Shown here one piece after another: positions 49,033-59,737 of a stretch of DNA of 64,000 nt. The stretch comes from a virus. Position numbers and translations under genes: made by a program. Position 1 is the first letter of the stretch, and each line of letters opens with the position of its first letter. The stretch lies in the IMG/VR virus record IMGVR_UViG_3300006919_000043, positions 13,727 through 77,726 of that record; one strand, written 5' to 3'. The notes beneath the pieces were generated by a model that was not told the origin of the DNA, ran no database searches, and saw only the letters and a program-made list of their open reading frames with translations.

Positions 49033-49452
49033 TCAAGCACTTGGTCCGTAGTATAACAGTGTAATTCTGTGAACATCATCAGCAACCGAAGCATCGTTAG
49101 CGGTCTTGAATAATACTCTTGCCGCCGCATGACCCACTTCTGTTGGTGGGTGGTCGTTTTGTGTGGTGTTGACGACTGATAGAACGGATAGAACACTACC
49201 GCCCAATCCGTCAGCACCAGTTATTGCGTTGTTGTCAACTGCACCATTTTTATCTGCAAGGTCGAATACTGTTGCGCTGTTGTGAGAACCAACTACTACA
49301 TCAACCACAAGCATTTGAAGGCCGCCTGTTGGGGCGTTAGAGCCAATTGGTGCTTGTAGCCAAGAAGTGTTATCGGTGTTGTTAGACCCCGACCACATTC
49401 TAATTACGCTTACGATTTTACTGCCTGTTCCTTTTACATTTGTGTTAGCCAT
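49033..49452 (-). CDS. Putative capsid decoration protein
   Basis: Directly after the MCP; strong AGGTGA RBS. Confidence 0.55.
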   Translation of the reverse strand: MANTNVKGTGSKIVSVIRMWSGSNNTDNTSWLQAPIGSNAPTGGLQMLVVDVVVGSHNSATVFDLADKNGAVDNNAITGADGLGGSVLSVLSVVNTTQNDHPPTEVGHAAARVLFKTANDASVADDVHRITLLYYGPSA

Positions 49453-49484
49453 ATTATCACCTACTTATTATCTCCTATTTAACC

Positions 49485-50651
49485 TCAACTCAAGTCACGG
49501 ATTTTACCGCTTGACTTGAAGAACGCTTGCCATAATTCACCCATTGTGTGGAACATACCCATTTGACCGAGCCTGTTGATTCCGAATGGATCGCCTGTTT
49601 CAATACCGGACTCATGGTAAAGTGTTGGTTTTGCAGTGCAGAACCACATGTAGTCAGTATCAAGGAAATATAGTCTTGAAGAACCGCCAGTGCCCTTGTG
49701 GACATCCTTAGATGGGATAATTGGAACACCATTGTATGTTGCTACCATGAATCCACCTTGAATACCCGGAACACCTTTGACACCATTGACACCCGGCACA
49801 ACTCTCTTCATTTCCATAAAGCGTTGTTGAGGCTGTAACAATTGTTGGATTGTTTCAAGAGTATCGTAGCCAGTTAAGATAACCTTTGGCTGGCCTCCGG
49901 CTTCCCAAATTTGACGGAACATTCCGTCAAGAATATTGAGAGTTAGTGGCCTATCGGTTCCGTTGCTTGCACCTGCATCAACTTGAGCATCATACCATTG
50001 AGCCGAACCTGCACCTGCACCATCTCTTGTTAGGTTGTAAATGTTGTGAACGCTTGCCCCATCAATGTCACCGAAAGCACTTGTTTCAGTAAATGATGAA
50101 GAAGTGATACGGTCAAGAGATTCAAAGTCATTTCCAGCCACAGTGTTAACATCGCTAAGAAGCATCTTGTTGATGTGTTCTGTGTGGTGTTTTGCCATTT
50201 CCATCTTCATGACAGCCCTTGCATCGCCAAGTCCATCGTCTTTGTCAGCAAGGAACATAGCAGTTTCAGTCAAGTCAAAGGTGTGAGCCACAGTCTTTGG
50301 CTTGGTGCTTACATGCTCAAATGTTGGCTTGCTTGTTTCCGGAATTGTTGCGTTCTCCGGCACACCGCCACCCTTGTTGAAGTCGGGTTTAGCGGTGGTT
50401 ACACGCCATCCGGACTTTTCCCACGGTTTCTTTGGTAGTATAGAGAATGCGTTAAACTCTTGATTCAATTGTGACCATACTTTACGACCAAAAATCGCTT
50501 GGTATGTTCCAGCAGTGCTGGACATCAACGGTGAGTCAGCCTTCAACAGATCTGTTCCGGAATACGCCCATGCGTTTTGTCCGGCACCTGCACCGTAGTA
50601 TAGTCTTTCCATATCTTCAATTGTTCTAATATATCCTGTGCTTCCACTCAT
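49485..50651 (-). CDS. Major capsid protein (HK97 fold)
   Basis: 388 aa after protease/scaffold; GVPENA.IP...KPKTVAH...PKVILTG...YNGVPII...LYFLDT. Confidence 0.9.
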   Translation of the reverse strand: MSGSTGYIRTIEDMERLYYGAGAGQNAWAYSGTDLLKADSPLMSSTAGTYQAIFGRKVWSQLNQEFNAFSILPKKPWEKSGWRVTTAKPDFNKGGGVPENATIPETSKPTFEHVSTKPKTVAHTFDLTETAMFLADKDDGLGDARAVMKMEMAKHHTEHINKMLLSDVNTVAGNDFESLDRITSSSFTETSAFGDIDGASVHNIYNLTRDGAGAGSAQWYDAQVDAGASNGTDRPLTLNILDGMFRQIWEAGGQPKVILTGYDTLETIQQLLQPQQRFMEMKRVVPGVNGVKGVPGIQGGFMVATYNGVPIIPSKDVHKGTGGSSRLYFLDTDYMWFCTAKPTLYHESGIETGDPFGINRLGQMGMFHTMGELWQAFFKSSGKIRDLS

Positions 50652-50664
50652 CTTAAATCACCCC

Positions 50665-51987
50665 TCAAAGGTTTCCTCCGCCATATAGCGCACGCTGTCC
50701 TAATTCCTCAAGCGCACGCCATCCGTCTAATTCATTTCCAAGTGCCGCAAATTCCTCATGGGTTGGCACACGGATTTGGCTTTGTTCCGGCATAGGAACA
50801 GCCGATTTTGTAATAGTGGAGTTTTCTTGCTTTAGGCTTTCAATTTCATGCTTTAGCATTTCAATCTGTGAAGAATAGTCTTTGGACTTTTGAACAGCCA
50901 ATGCTTGTTGTGTTTCAGCCTCATATCGGTTTGACCATTCTTTCTCGACCAGTGCCTTTACCGCTTCTTCATCACGAATTGCGGAGTATGCTGAATATCC
51001 ACGCTCAAGAGATTGTGGAGATAGGTCAAGTCCGGACTTAATTACATGCTTGCCACTGCTTGGTGCATTCATGTTCATTCCCGGAACCTGTGGTTGCTTG
51101 ATAACATATTTGTTAGACACAGCGTTAGGTAGTTTAGGTGCTGGTGCTAATGTTGCATCTTCACCACTGCCGTATAGGTCGCCTTGTCCTCGATGGTTAA
51201 ATCCGTGATTTCCGTCAACGCCAACCATGTAAGCCTTTCCAAGTCCGAAGTGGTCACGAAGTCCATCAAGGTCAACGCCCTGTTCGTGAGCGAATTTCTC
51301 AAGGGAGTCAATGTATGCCACTGCCGCCTCTTCTTCTTTAGCAAGTGTAGTTTCCTCCATTACTGGCGGTGCTTCCACTGCTACTTCTTCTTCCATGTGT
51401 TTGTTTATGCGTGCGAGCGCATCTCGTATTTCCGTCAATGTTTCTGCTTGTTCAGTCATAATATCATCATCCATTTTCAATAGTGTATAGGTTGATTCGG
51501 GGTTTATTCCTTTTTTGCACAGGGTAATTTCATGCAACTCCATATCCGTGATTTCACGGTGGGTTCCATGTTCCGGTGTTGTTTTACTAACACGGAATAG
51601 AGCCTGTCCTCCGATGGAGAAGGCTCTTAACTCTCCTGTGCGAATTTGTTTTTGGACTTCACGGGCTTTCTCGATGTCATTCCTAATTCGGCAAATGACA
51701 AACAAGCCGTGATCGTCAACAGTGGATTTCCATACTCGGCCATCACTGTCTGTGTAACTGGGCAAAACCTCGCCCACTTGAATACCACTGTGTGCTAATT
51801 GCACATTACGGTATGCTGGGTCAGCCATAAAGCCACTAAATGCTTTCTTTAGTGCTGATACTGGGATTCTATCTCCCTGCTTGTCAACCATATCAACCGA
51901 AGCATAGCCCGCTATAACAAGGTCGTTGCCAGCATCCGATTTCAAGATGAAATCGCTACCAACTGCTGTCCATGTTGCGGTCGCCAT
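50665..51987 (-). CDS. Prohead protease fused to a scaffold-like C-terminus
   Basis: IAGYAS...DKQGD...QLAH...VG...FSIGG...EITLC..GINP (HK97/U35-like); coiled-coil tail. Confidence 0.9.
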   Translation of the reverse strand: MATATWTAVGSDFILKSDAGNDLVIAGYASVDMVDKQGDRIPVSALKKAFSGFMADPAYRNVQLAHSGIQVGEVLPSYTDSDGRVWKSTVDDHGLFVICRIRNDIEKAREVQKQIRTGELRAFSIGGQALFRVSKTTPEHGTHREITDMELHEITLCKKGINPESTYTLLKMDDDIMTEQAETLTEIRDALARINKHMEEEVAVEAPPVMEETTLAKEEEAAVAYIDSLEKFAHEQGVDLDGLRDHFGLGKAYMVGVDGNHGFNHRGQGDLYGSGEDATLAPAPKLPNAVSNKYVIKQPQVPGMNMNAPSSGKHVIKSGLDLSPQSLERGYSAYSAIRDEEAVKALVEKEWSNRYEAETQQALAVQKSKDYSSQIEMLKHEIESLKQENSTITKSAVPMPEQSQIRVPTHEEFAALGNELDGWRALEELGQRALYGGGNL

Positions 51988-52014
51988 TGACTCACCAATT
52001 TTATGTCAAGGTAT

Positions 52015-55000
52015 TTAACCGCTTTGGGGAGGCGGTGGTAGTGGAGGCATCATTTCATCTTGCACTGAATCATCCATCGGCACTTCAACCTCTTCTTCAT
52101 CTTTCATTTCCTGTTTAGTCTTTGAAGGTAAGCGGATAACGGCTCGGTTGCCTTCAACCTCTAATTCGCCTTCAACATCTTCGCCCCTGCCGTCTTTGGT
52201 TTTGATACGCACATGTTGTGCCCCGCCTGTTGGTATTGTATCTTCGGGTTGGTATGGGTCATAGAAAGGCGTGGCTTCTTCGTCAACCAATTCGGTCGGT
52301 CCTCTTGGGTTGGTGTGCATATCCATCATGCCCGACCAGCCACCGCCAGTAATACTACCTGTTATTCTTGCTAATGGTGAACCTTGCCCTTTCTCGGTAA
52401 CATCATCGTCAATTGCTTCATTGACAGTCCACTTACCATTCTCATCACGCTCAAGTCCGTATTCTGTGCCAAACTGCTCAACATCTTTTTCGGTTAAACC
52501 GTCAACAGCACCAGTCAATTGGTCAATAGACATAGACTCGTCTTTCTCGGCAATAAGCCTCCTTGCCATCACTAACTTTTCTTCAACCGGTTTAGGATCT
52601 CCATCAGCATCTAACAAAGATGCCTTGTATATTGTTGAGCCAACCGTGTTTAGTTTTGGCGGGTATGGTGTCAATTGTTTCATATCATACTTCAACAAAT
52701 GCACACCGATAGCACCCCATACTGGTATTTGTCTTTCAGCGTGCTGTGCCAAAGGACTGGCTGGTTCTATGGTTTCAATGTCAAAACCTTCACCATCCCA
52801 TTCACCCTTTACTACCAGTGGTGCAGGGTGTCCACTATACTCTAACACAATGTTGTCATTACGGATAGAAACGGTTGGGAATGGTGCATACATCTTTTTC
52901 ATGTCACCGTTTGGCGCATAACATATCCACTTATGGTGAGTTTCTTTACCCTTCATGAATGTTGAAGTGGCATCACGCAACCACAAATCCCCGCCCAAAG
53001 CGTCTATGTTTGAGCGCAAACCACCAGCATCACTGAATTTACAGTCGGCTGGCATAGGGAATGAAATGCCTTCATCGGTTTCATACAAAGTGCGTAGTAT
53101 GGAGAGTCTATCCTCTAATTTTTCCATGTGTATATCATCGCCCTTATGCACTAACAAGTCAATCGCACGGTAGTGTCCATCTCTTAGAACACCGTCAAAT
53201 ACACAATCACCTTCTTGCTTTCTAACTCCTTCTTTTACTTTCAAAGGTAGTGAAATGTCTTTGCCTTTACCATTTGTCGCTTTTACATGACCGCCTTTCT
53301 TTACAACAAATACCCTTTTGCCTTCGGGTTTCTTTTGCACCACCCAATCGCCAGTGAATCCTTTAAGATCTGCAATAGATGAGAAATCATATATTGTGTG
53401 TGCTGGTATTATTGTTCGCTCAAATACCCCAGTGGCTTTGTAATCATCGGATTTGAATAAATCACCACTTATGATAGAGTTTGCACCCATCATGTCCGTA
53501 GCCTCAAGTGCTGGTATGCTGTTGACTTTTTCTTTGATTTGATAGTCTTGGTATGTTGGGTGAACCATTCCTACATGCCCTTCATGTGCGGTTCTTTGTA
53601 ATGTTTCAAACGGTTTGTCCTTCACATCAAAGCGTATTGCATTGTTTTTCCTATCCCAATTAAAAGCCAATGTTGCTGGCATTTTATGACCCCAAGCGTC
53701 TTTATCTCCTGTTAGATATATTGGCGGCATTGTAGCCATTGATGTTGGCGATACCGGACCAATTGGCACATCACGCTGTGCTAATCCTAAGCCCATCACC
53801 ATAGGCGCAAATGTTGTCATTTTATCATCACCACCAGCCCTCATCAATTGCATGTTGGCCGCTTTAGCCAATTGTTGAATGTTCGCTCTTGCTATTGTAT
53901 TACCTAAGACATCGTTAGGATTTTTACCGAATAACAACTCCGGACCATGTTCTTTGCTCAATTGTGCCGCCATTTGTTGCATCATTCGGCCTAAATGTGC
54001 ATCGGTCTTTTCATAGTGGTCATTGTGATATGTATGAAATTCCTCATCACCGGGATGTCGCTCTCTTGTCGGTCCGATTCTTGGTTGCCCTGCATCTGTA
54101 TGTGATGCAATAATTCTCCCTAACCCATTAGGGTCGGTAGCAAAAGCGTAAGAAGGAATAATCATGCGCTTACCAGTGCCTACAATTTCACTTGGGTGAT
54201 AATGTGCCCCGTTTGATATTGTTGACCACAAAGCCCTTCGTCTATTGAAACCACGCACATAAGGGTGTTCCGAACCTGCCGCCCACCCTGTCGAGATGGC
54301 TGAACGGTGGGGATGCCCCTTCATCATTTCATGGTTTGCTGTTTGAGGAAAGAATGACGAACCACTGCTATGCCAAGCATCTTCACTATCATTTAGTGGG
54401 TGGTTGCGGTCGGCTAACCAACCAAACAATTCATCACCAACCCAACTCTTGAATGCGGCAGGGTATGAATCTCGCATCATCGTTTGAAGTGATTGAGCAT
54501 CACGACCAACGCCTCCCCAATATTGGAAAGGTTGCCACCAATGATGAGTCATGGATGGCTCAATGGTTGTATTATCGCCCATAACAAACGGGCTTTTCAA
54601 ATGAGTTAGACCCGAAGCCATATCTTCGGCTGATACAGGACCGTGTCGATCTGATGGGCGTTCCCACCAACGGGCTATCGGTAAGAAACGCTCAAACCAA
54701 TTACGCTTTGCTCTATCCCAAGATATACCCGATGTTGCTTTGAAATCGTTTATTATTTTCCTTGCCTGTGCATCGTTTGGGCTTTCGGTTTGTCCTAACT
54801 TTTTGAGCGTGTTCATAAATTGTTCACGCTCATCAACGCCTTGCCATTCTAAACCAAACAAGTATGATAACATACCGAGCCTACCCTGTTTGCCAGCCCA
54901 CTGCTCTTTCTTTTGGTCAAGATATTCTTCATCTTCAAGATATGAGAACCTATTGTTTCTATCAGCCATATACAAGTCATGTAATGACTCCGTTGGCCTA

Positions 55001-55518
55001 CCTACAATATCAGCATACTCTTTGGGTATTTTGCCCAACCTTTGAGCCTCTTTCATTGATTTGATGATTGATTGGCCTTCTTCATCTTCCTCAATCAAAT
55101 GTAAAAGATGGTCAACAAATGATGGCTCACCATGTTCAGCCCCATGTAGTAAAGGCATTGTCGGCAATTCGTATGATAGTGGATGCCGTTTGCCAAACCG
55201 GTTATCTTCATTTGCTACCGGCCAATCCTGTGCGTATGTGCGTGAGAACCTTCTTTGACCGGATATATAGTCCTCATACCCCTGCGGTAAATTGAGCGTG
55301 GTCATTGGTGATGGCTTGTCCATGTCAAGCATTGAATACTGTGGTGGTGCTGTCATTGGTAGCATACCAAGTATTGCCTGATCTTCTTTCTCTATTTGTG
55401 TGCTATCGCCATAGTAATCGTCTAACGCTTTGAGATAGATGTCGTGGTCTATGTCTTGATTTTGAACAATAGACAAAAATGTGTCTGTTCTAATCCTTAC
55501 AAATTCTTCACGGTTCAT
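52015..55518 (-). CDS. Large head-module protein containing an ATP-dependent ligase adenylation domain
   Basis: WVVQKKPEGKR...VFDGVL...YRAIDLL...LEDRLSIL...LWLRD...KW at 52918-53360. Confidence 0.7.
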   Translation of the reverse strand: MNREEFVRIRTDTFLSIVQNQDIDHDIYLKALDDYYGDSTQIEKEDQAILGMLPMTAPPQYSMLDMDKPSPMTTLNLPQGYEDYISGQRRFSRTYAQDWPVANEDNRFGKRHPLSYELPTMPLLHGAEHGEPSFVDHLLHLIEEDEEGQSIIKSMKEAQRLGKIPKEYADIVGRPTESLHDLYMADRNNRFSYLEDEEYLDQKKEQWAGKQGRLGMLSYLFGLEWQGVDEREQFMNTLKKLGQTESPNDAQARKIINDFKATSGISWDRAKRNWFERFLPIARWWERPSDRHGPVSAEDMASGLTHLKSPFVMGDNTTIEPSMTHHWWQPFQYWGGVGRDAQSLQTMMRDSYPAAFKSWVGDELFGWLADRNHPLNDSEDAWHSSGSSFFPQTANHEMMKGHPHRSAISTGWAAGSEHPYVRGFNRRRALWSTISNGAHYHPSEIVGTGKRMIIPSYAFATDPNGLGRIIASHTDAGQPRIGPTRERHPGDEEFHTYHNDHYEKTDAHLGRMMQQMAAQLSKEHGPELLFGKNPNDVLGNTIARANIQQLAKAANMQLMRAGGDDKMTTFAPMVMGLGLAQRDVPIGPVSPTSMATMPPIYLTGDKDAWGHKMPATLAFNWDRKNNAIRFDVKDKPFETLQRTAHEGHVGMVHPTYQDYQIKEKVNSIPALEATDMMGANSIISGDLFKSDDYKATGVFERTIIPAHTIYDFSSIADLKGFTGDWVVQKKPEGKRVFVVKKGGHVKATNGKGKDISLPLKVKEGVRKQEGDCVFDGVLRDGHYRAIDLLVHKGDDIHMEKLEDRLSILRTLYETDEGISFPMPADCKFSDAGGLRSNIDALGGDLWLRDATSTFMKGKETHHKWICYAPNGDMKKMYAPFPTVSIRNDNIVLEYSGHPAPLVVKGEWDGEGFDIETIEPASPLAQHAERQIPVWGAIGVHLLKYDMKQLTPYPPKLNTVGSTIYKASLLDADGDPKPVEEKLVMARRLIAEKDESMSIDQLTGAVDGLTEKDVEQFGTEYGLERDENGKWTVNEAIDDDVTEKGQGSPLARITGSITGGGWSGMMDMHTNPRGPTELVDEEATPFYDPYQPEDTIPTGGAQHVRIKTKDGRGEDVEGELEVEGNRAVIRLPSKTKQEMKDEEEVEVPMDDSVQDEMMPPLPPPPQSG

Positions 55519-55532
55519 CTAATCCCCCCTAT

Positions 55533-56594
55533 TTAGAGGCGATTAGCAATTGACTCCATGAGGTTAGCAATCTCATCAACAAGTCCGGGATTTGTAGCCC
55601 CTTTTTTCAATTCCGTTAGCCTTTCTTCAATTGGTGCAATATTCCAATTGCCATCTTTACGGTCGCCCCCGTTAGTCAAGTGCATGTGTAAAGATGAGCC
55701 TTTGACATCGTAGCCAGTCTTAGCAAATGCTGGCATCTTTGCCTTTTCGCTAATTGCATTAATACTTTGTGCGTTTTCTTCATAGTGTGGTATGCGCCCA
55801 TTGGTTTGGTAATTGACCGCCCTAATTCCATAGTGGTCAACAAACTGTGGCACACCATTATCGCTGATTGACTCTTGCTCATACTTTACTAAGTCAACCC
55901 CAGTCTTTTGTGATATAAAGCGAGAAGTGAAGTCCTCTTTCATGACAGGTTTCTTTGTTTCTTCTTTGAATGGTATTTTCTTATTACCCCTGTCGGATTT
56001 GTAACTGCCTGTTTGTTTGCCTTTCTTGGACTGTTCGATATTCTTGCCAACAGTTTTCTCCCAACTTGACAACTTGCCGTCTTTATCTCGGTCAGCGAGT
56101 TTTGGATTTTCTAATTCTTCATTCATCATGTAATTGCCCTTCTTAACTTCGCCATCACACTGTGCTTTTTGACTTGGTGAACATTCGGAATAATCCTTAC
56201 CAAAGTGCTTTTGACAATATCTATTCCTTTTACTTGTCCGAGCCATCTCTTTCATTTCATCTGCTTCAATAGGACCGCCTGTGGTATCTTCATACATATC
56301 ATCGTCACCTTTCTTTAATCCGGAACCACAGCCTTCATCCATGCAATTTTTTTTGCACATAGCACCCTTGCACATGCCGCCTTTGCCCATTTTTTCACCC
56401 TCGCCTCTATCTTTGGCACGGGCTTGTTCGTAGTTTTTGTGCGCTGTATCTTTGTCACCATCGCCCATAATATCAGCAAAGACTTGCTCATTGTCTTTCT
56501 CTTTCTTGGCCTTTACTATGCTTTCCAACTGCAAAACATGTTGTAGCAATTCTCCTTCGGCTGATTTCATAGGGTCTTTCCATCGTGGTTGCAT
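55533..56594 (-). CDS. Head-module protein with Cys clusters and an EF-hand-like loop
   Basis: CKGAMCKKNC..C; YCQKH..C..C; DRDKDGKLSSWE. Confidence 0.65.
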   Translation of the reverse strand: MQPRWKDPMKSAEGELLQHVLQLESIVKAKKEKDNEQVFADIMGDGDKDTAHKNYEQARAKDRGEGEKMGKGGMCKGAMCKKNCMDEGCGSGLKKGDDDMYEDTTGGPIEADEMKEMARTSKRNRYCQKHFGKDYSECSPSQKAQCDGEVKKGNYMMNEELENPKLADRDKDGKLSSWEKTVGKNIEQSKKGKQTGSYKSDRGNKKIPFKEETKKPVMKEDFTSRFISQKTGVDLVKYEQESISDNGVPQFVDHYGIRAVNYQTNGRIPHYEENAQSINAISEKAKMPAFAKTGYDVKGSSLHMHLTNGGDRKDGNWNIAPIEERLTELKKGATNPGLVDEIANLMESIANRL

Positions 56595-56598
56595 TGTA

Positions 56599-56949
56599 TC
56601 ACCTGTATTTTATTGAGGATGGTGTCGAATGCGACGGCATGGAATTTTCCATTTGTCGCCATTCTTCTAATTCCGCCATGCCTTTGTTTAGCATCTCGGA
56701 TTTGAAACCGCTAACGAAATCGGGGCTGTCGCCAACTTCACGGTTTAGGGGGTCAAATACTTCGGCTGATAGTGGTGTAACTGCTTTGAGCCACCCTGCC
56801 TTCTTCATCAATGATTCGGGATCGTCAACTGCTTTTGCCAAAATGCTGTTGTCGCTTTCTAACTGTTCAACTCGCTTTCTCAAATGGCGGATTTCCTCAA
56901 CCATTTCTTTTAACAAGTCTGCTGTTGCTTCACCTGCATTTTCGCTCAT
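56599..56949 (-). CDS. Small coiled-coil head-module protein
   Basis: Heptad N-terminus. Confidence 0.65.
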   Translation of the reverse strand: MSENAGEATADLLKEMVEEIRHLRKRVEQLESDNSILAKAVDDPESLMKKAGWLKAVTPLSAEVFDPLNREVGDSPDFVSGFKSEMLNKGMAELEEWRQMENSMPSHSTPSSIKYR

Positions 56950-56950
56950 A

Positions 56951-57511
56951 TCACATGCCTCCCATCATTGGTCCGGGCATAGGCATACCACCCGGTGGCA
57001 TACCTGCTGGTCCGGGTGCTGGCATGTTTTGTAATCCCTGCGGTGGCATCATTGGAGGCTCACCGTGATTTACCATACCTGCGTCTTTGAGTCGAACCAT
57101 CTCAACAAAGTTTCTTGTTTCTTCGATTTGAGAACGGAGAGCCATAAGTGTTGAAGCGTGTGTCATTACTGCATCGCCATCAAGACCGTCTGTGTATTTT
57201 GCTTGACCAATTGTGCCAATGTGGGCAGTAATGTCGGTAGCCAAGTCGCTAAGTCTTTGTTCAGCATCAGCCAGTGCTTCTTTACTGGATTTATACACCT
57301 TACCGCTTGTTACCATAGCGTTCATTTCTTCGGGTGTCGGACCACCGGACATCTCCGGTGGTGTGCTAAGTGGTGCCGATGGCATACTTACTTGATCGGG
57401 ATTGCTTACCATTTGGCCGGACTTGCCGCTATCGGTGTCTTGCTTCTGTAATGACTTAGCAAAATCTAACACTCGCATACGATCTGCGATTGAAGCACTT
57501 TGCCTATACAT
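56951..57511 (-). CDS. Head-module protein with Pro/Gly/Met-rich tail
   Basis: ATG 57511 follows the stop of the upstream gene. Confidence 0.6.
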   Translation of the reverse strand: MYRQSASIADRMRVLDFAKSLQKQDTDSGKSGQMVSNPDQVSMPSAPLSTPPEMSGGPTPEEMNAMVTSGKVYKSSKEALADAEQRLSDLATDITAHIGTIGQAKYTDGLDGDAVMTHASTLMALRSQIEETRNFVEMVRLKDAGMVNHGEPPMMPPQGLQNMPAPGPAGMPPGGMPMPGPMMGGM

Positions 57512-57519
57512 GTCTAACA

Positions 57520-57891
57520 CTACTCCGATTGTGGTCGCCACGGTGATTGTCTGCCATATCTTGAAACACCCAATACTACTGCCCCTTCGGTTCCGTCATA
57601 GTCCGAAGAAGTATTCTTGTGCTGGTGGATATTACCAAGCACTTGATTTCCTTCCCCTGTTGGGGTATCATCGCTCTTTGACAGCATGGCTGTTCTCTCA
57701 AAAGACTTAGCAAGGTTCATGTCACGCTCAAGAATTGCCAAAGCATTCTTAGCCTCTTCAATGTGCTTTGCTACATCATCTAAATTGTTATGAGCAATAG
57801 CCTGTTGCATGGCTTCCATGCTTGCTGTTGCTCTCCTTGCCATAGGATCCATCTTTGCTATAATTCCGAAATCAAGAAAGCCATTACTCAT
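57520..57891 (-). CDS. Hypothetical head-module protein
   Basis: ORF directly after the portal. Confidence 0.65.
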   Translation of the reverse strand: MSNGFLDFGIIAKMDPMARRATASMEAMQQAIAHNNLDDVAKHIEEAKNALAILERDMNLAKSFERTAMLSKSDDTPTGEGNQVLGNIHQHKNTSSDYDGTEGAVVLGVSRYGRQSPWRPQSE

Positions 57892-57940
57892 CTTAACCAG
57901 TCTATCCCATAGCCTCCCATTAAATGAAGGTTATGGAGAA

Positions 57941-59737
57941 TTACAGCCCTAAACGCCTATCTAAATTCTTCATTCGCTCATCCACATTCTTAATTCCTTG
58001 TGGTGCTGTATCACGACTATCACGCTCGGTTGAAGATAAATGATGTTCACCCTCAAAGCGGTTTATGTCCTTCGGACTCTTGCCCTTCGCTGATGTCCTA
58101 CGACTGTTGAGATTCAATTGACTTAGGCCGACCCTTCGTAGTGGTTTCAAATCTGTGCCATGTGTGGTTCGCATGGCTTCGGGCACCACTTCTTGCCCAT
58201 GAACAGAATCACTCTCCCTGCGCTTTAAGATTTCATCCATTGTTGGTGGCATTCTCCAATCACTGGTTTGCACTGGCGCACCGCCTTGTGGATTAGGTGC
58301 CGGAGGGGCACCGGGTGGGGGCGGTGGTGCTGGTGGTGCTTCTTTGTATGTGAATTGTAATACGCCCAAATCATCACGCAGTTTTGCATCATAGCCCGCT
58401 TGCTTCATTTGTAGCATGTTGCGAATAGCCATTTCATCTCTTCGCATGACCATAATTTCATCTTCCTCTTCGTGTGGGTGTAACGATATATCCCATTCTG
58501 TGATTTGAAGTGCCTCAAGCAAAAGCGGGAATAACCTTTCATTGTATAGTGTTTGACTTGCCGCAAGGGCACGGTTTGTGACAACAATTTGCATACCCTC
58601 ATTATTCAGTCCTCCACCGGACACATCATTCATGAATACATTTGACACACCGTAAAATGATGATATACGCTGTCGTATGTCGTCTTTGATAGGTATGTAT
58701 TGTAATTCTTCAAGGGTGTCCATCATACGGACATACTCAAGTCCACCACGCCCACTCTCCGTTTCAACACCAACAGTGGGGATATATTGCGGGTCACGCT
58801 CAAGGTGTTCCTGTATGTTTCGTGCTGTCCTCTCGACAGTTTCAAGGTTAGATGATTTGATAACCATAACGCCTCTTGGCATTCTTCGTTTTTGGTATGC
58901 CGCATAAACATAATTATCCATAGCAATCAATGTATTGACTTGTCGCCAAAGCGTAGCGACAGGAGAGCGACCATAGAGTTTAGATGGCGACCATTTGCTT
59001 ATGTGTATGACTTCGCCTTCGGTATATACTTGACCTGTGCCTACACCTGCTAAATTCATGTAATGAACAGGCACTACTGGTAGTCCAGTCTTAGGACATT
59101 TTTCGTCTTTGTTGCCTGTTCGGAATGAACGGTCAAGGAGGCTGGTATATTGCTTACCACCACGCACACCACGCTTATCAGCAACAATACGCATGAAGAT
59201 AGGGTCGGCACGGGTCACTTCTTTGATTCTGTAAAATTGTGGTTGACCGGTTGCAGGATCGACAAAGTATTCTTTTGTCAAGATAATGTAAGCATCGTCA
59301 ACAATATTCAAGTCCATTTCTATTTCACGCAATATTTCAAGGAATGATTGACCCATTCGATTCTGTGCTTTTAGTAATGCGTCAGCATATTCATATTCGC
59401 TCTTATCGGCTGGTCGGACTTCACCACCGCACTTCAAACATGTTTCCACTTCTTTTTGATAAGTTTCATCACATTCTCGGCATTTTGACACAAACTTTGG
59501 TTTCCAGTGCCAACCTTTACGGAATGTTTCAGTGGCAAGGTGATTCAAGATAGAACGCAACACAAGCGATTCGTATGCCGCCGCATACAAGGCTGGGATT
59601 GTAATACCCTGTAACAGTGGTGGTTCTTGCACACCACTGGTGAATAATGGCATCTCCGGTGTGGGTGTGCTATGTCTTTCCATGTCCACACCCAGTGCGG
59701 AAAACAAACGATCTATTCGTTTCTTATCAGCACTCAT
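57941..59737 (-). CDS. Portal protein
   Basis: DLNIVDDAYI...EVIHI...YGRSPV...PRGVMVI...ISSFYGVS; between TerL and protease. Confidence 0.9.
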   Translation of the reverse strand: MSADKKRIDRLFSALGVDMERHSTPTPEMPLFTSGVQEPPLLQGITIPALYAAAYESLVLRSILNHLATETFRKGWHWKPKFVSKCRECDETYQKEVETCLKCGGEVRPADKSEYEYADALLKAQNRMGQSFLEILREIEMDLNIVDDAYIILTKEYFVDPATGQPQFYRIKEVTRADPIFMRIVADKRGVRGGKQYTSLLDRSFRTGNKDEKCPKTGLPVVPVHYMNLAGVGTGQVYTEGEVIHISKWSPSKLYGRSPVATLWRQVNTLIAMDNYVYAAYQKRRMPRGVMVIKSSNLETVERTARNIQEHLERDPQYIPTVGVETESGRGGLEYVRMMDTLEELQYIPIKDDIRQRISSFYGVSNVFMNDVSGGGLNNEGMQIVVTNRALAASQTLYNERLFPLLLEALQITEWDISLHPHEEEDEIMVMRRDEMAIRNMLQMKQAGYDAKLRDDLGVLQFTYKEAPPAPPPPPGAPPAPNPQGGAPVQTSDWRMPPTMDEILKRRESDSVHGQEVVPEAMRTTHGTDLKPLRRVGLSQLNLNSRRTSAKGKSPKDINRFEGEHHLSSTERDSRDTAPQGIKNVDERMKNLDRRLGL

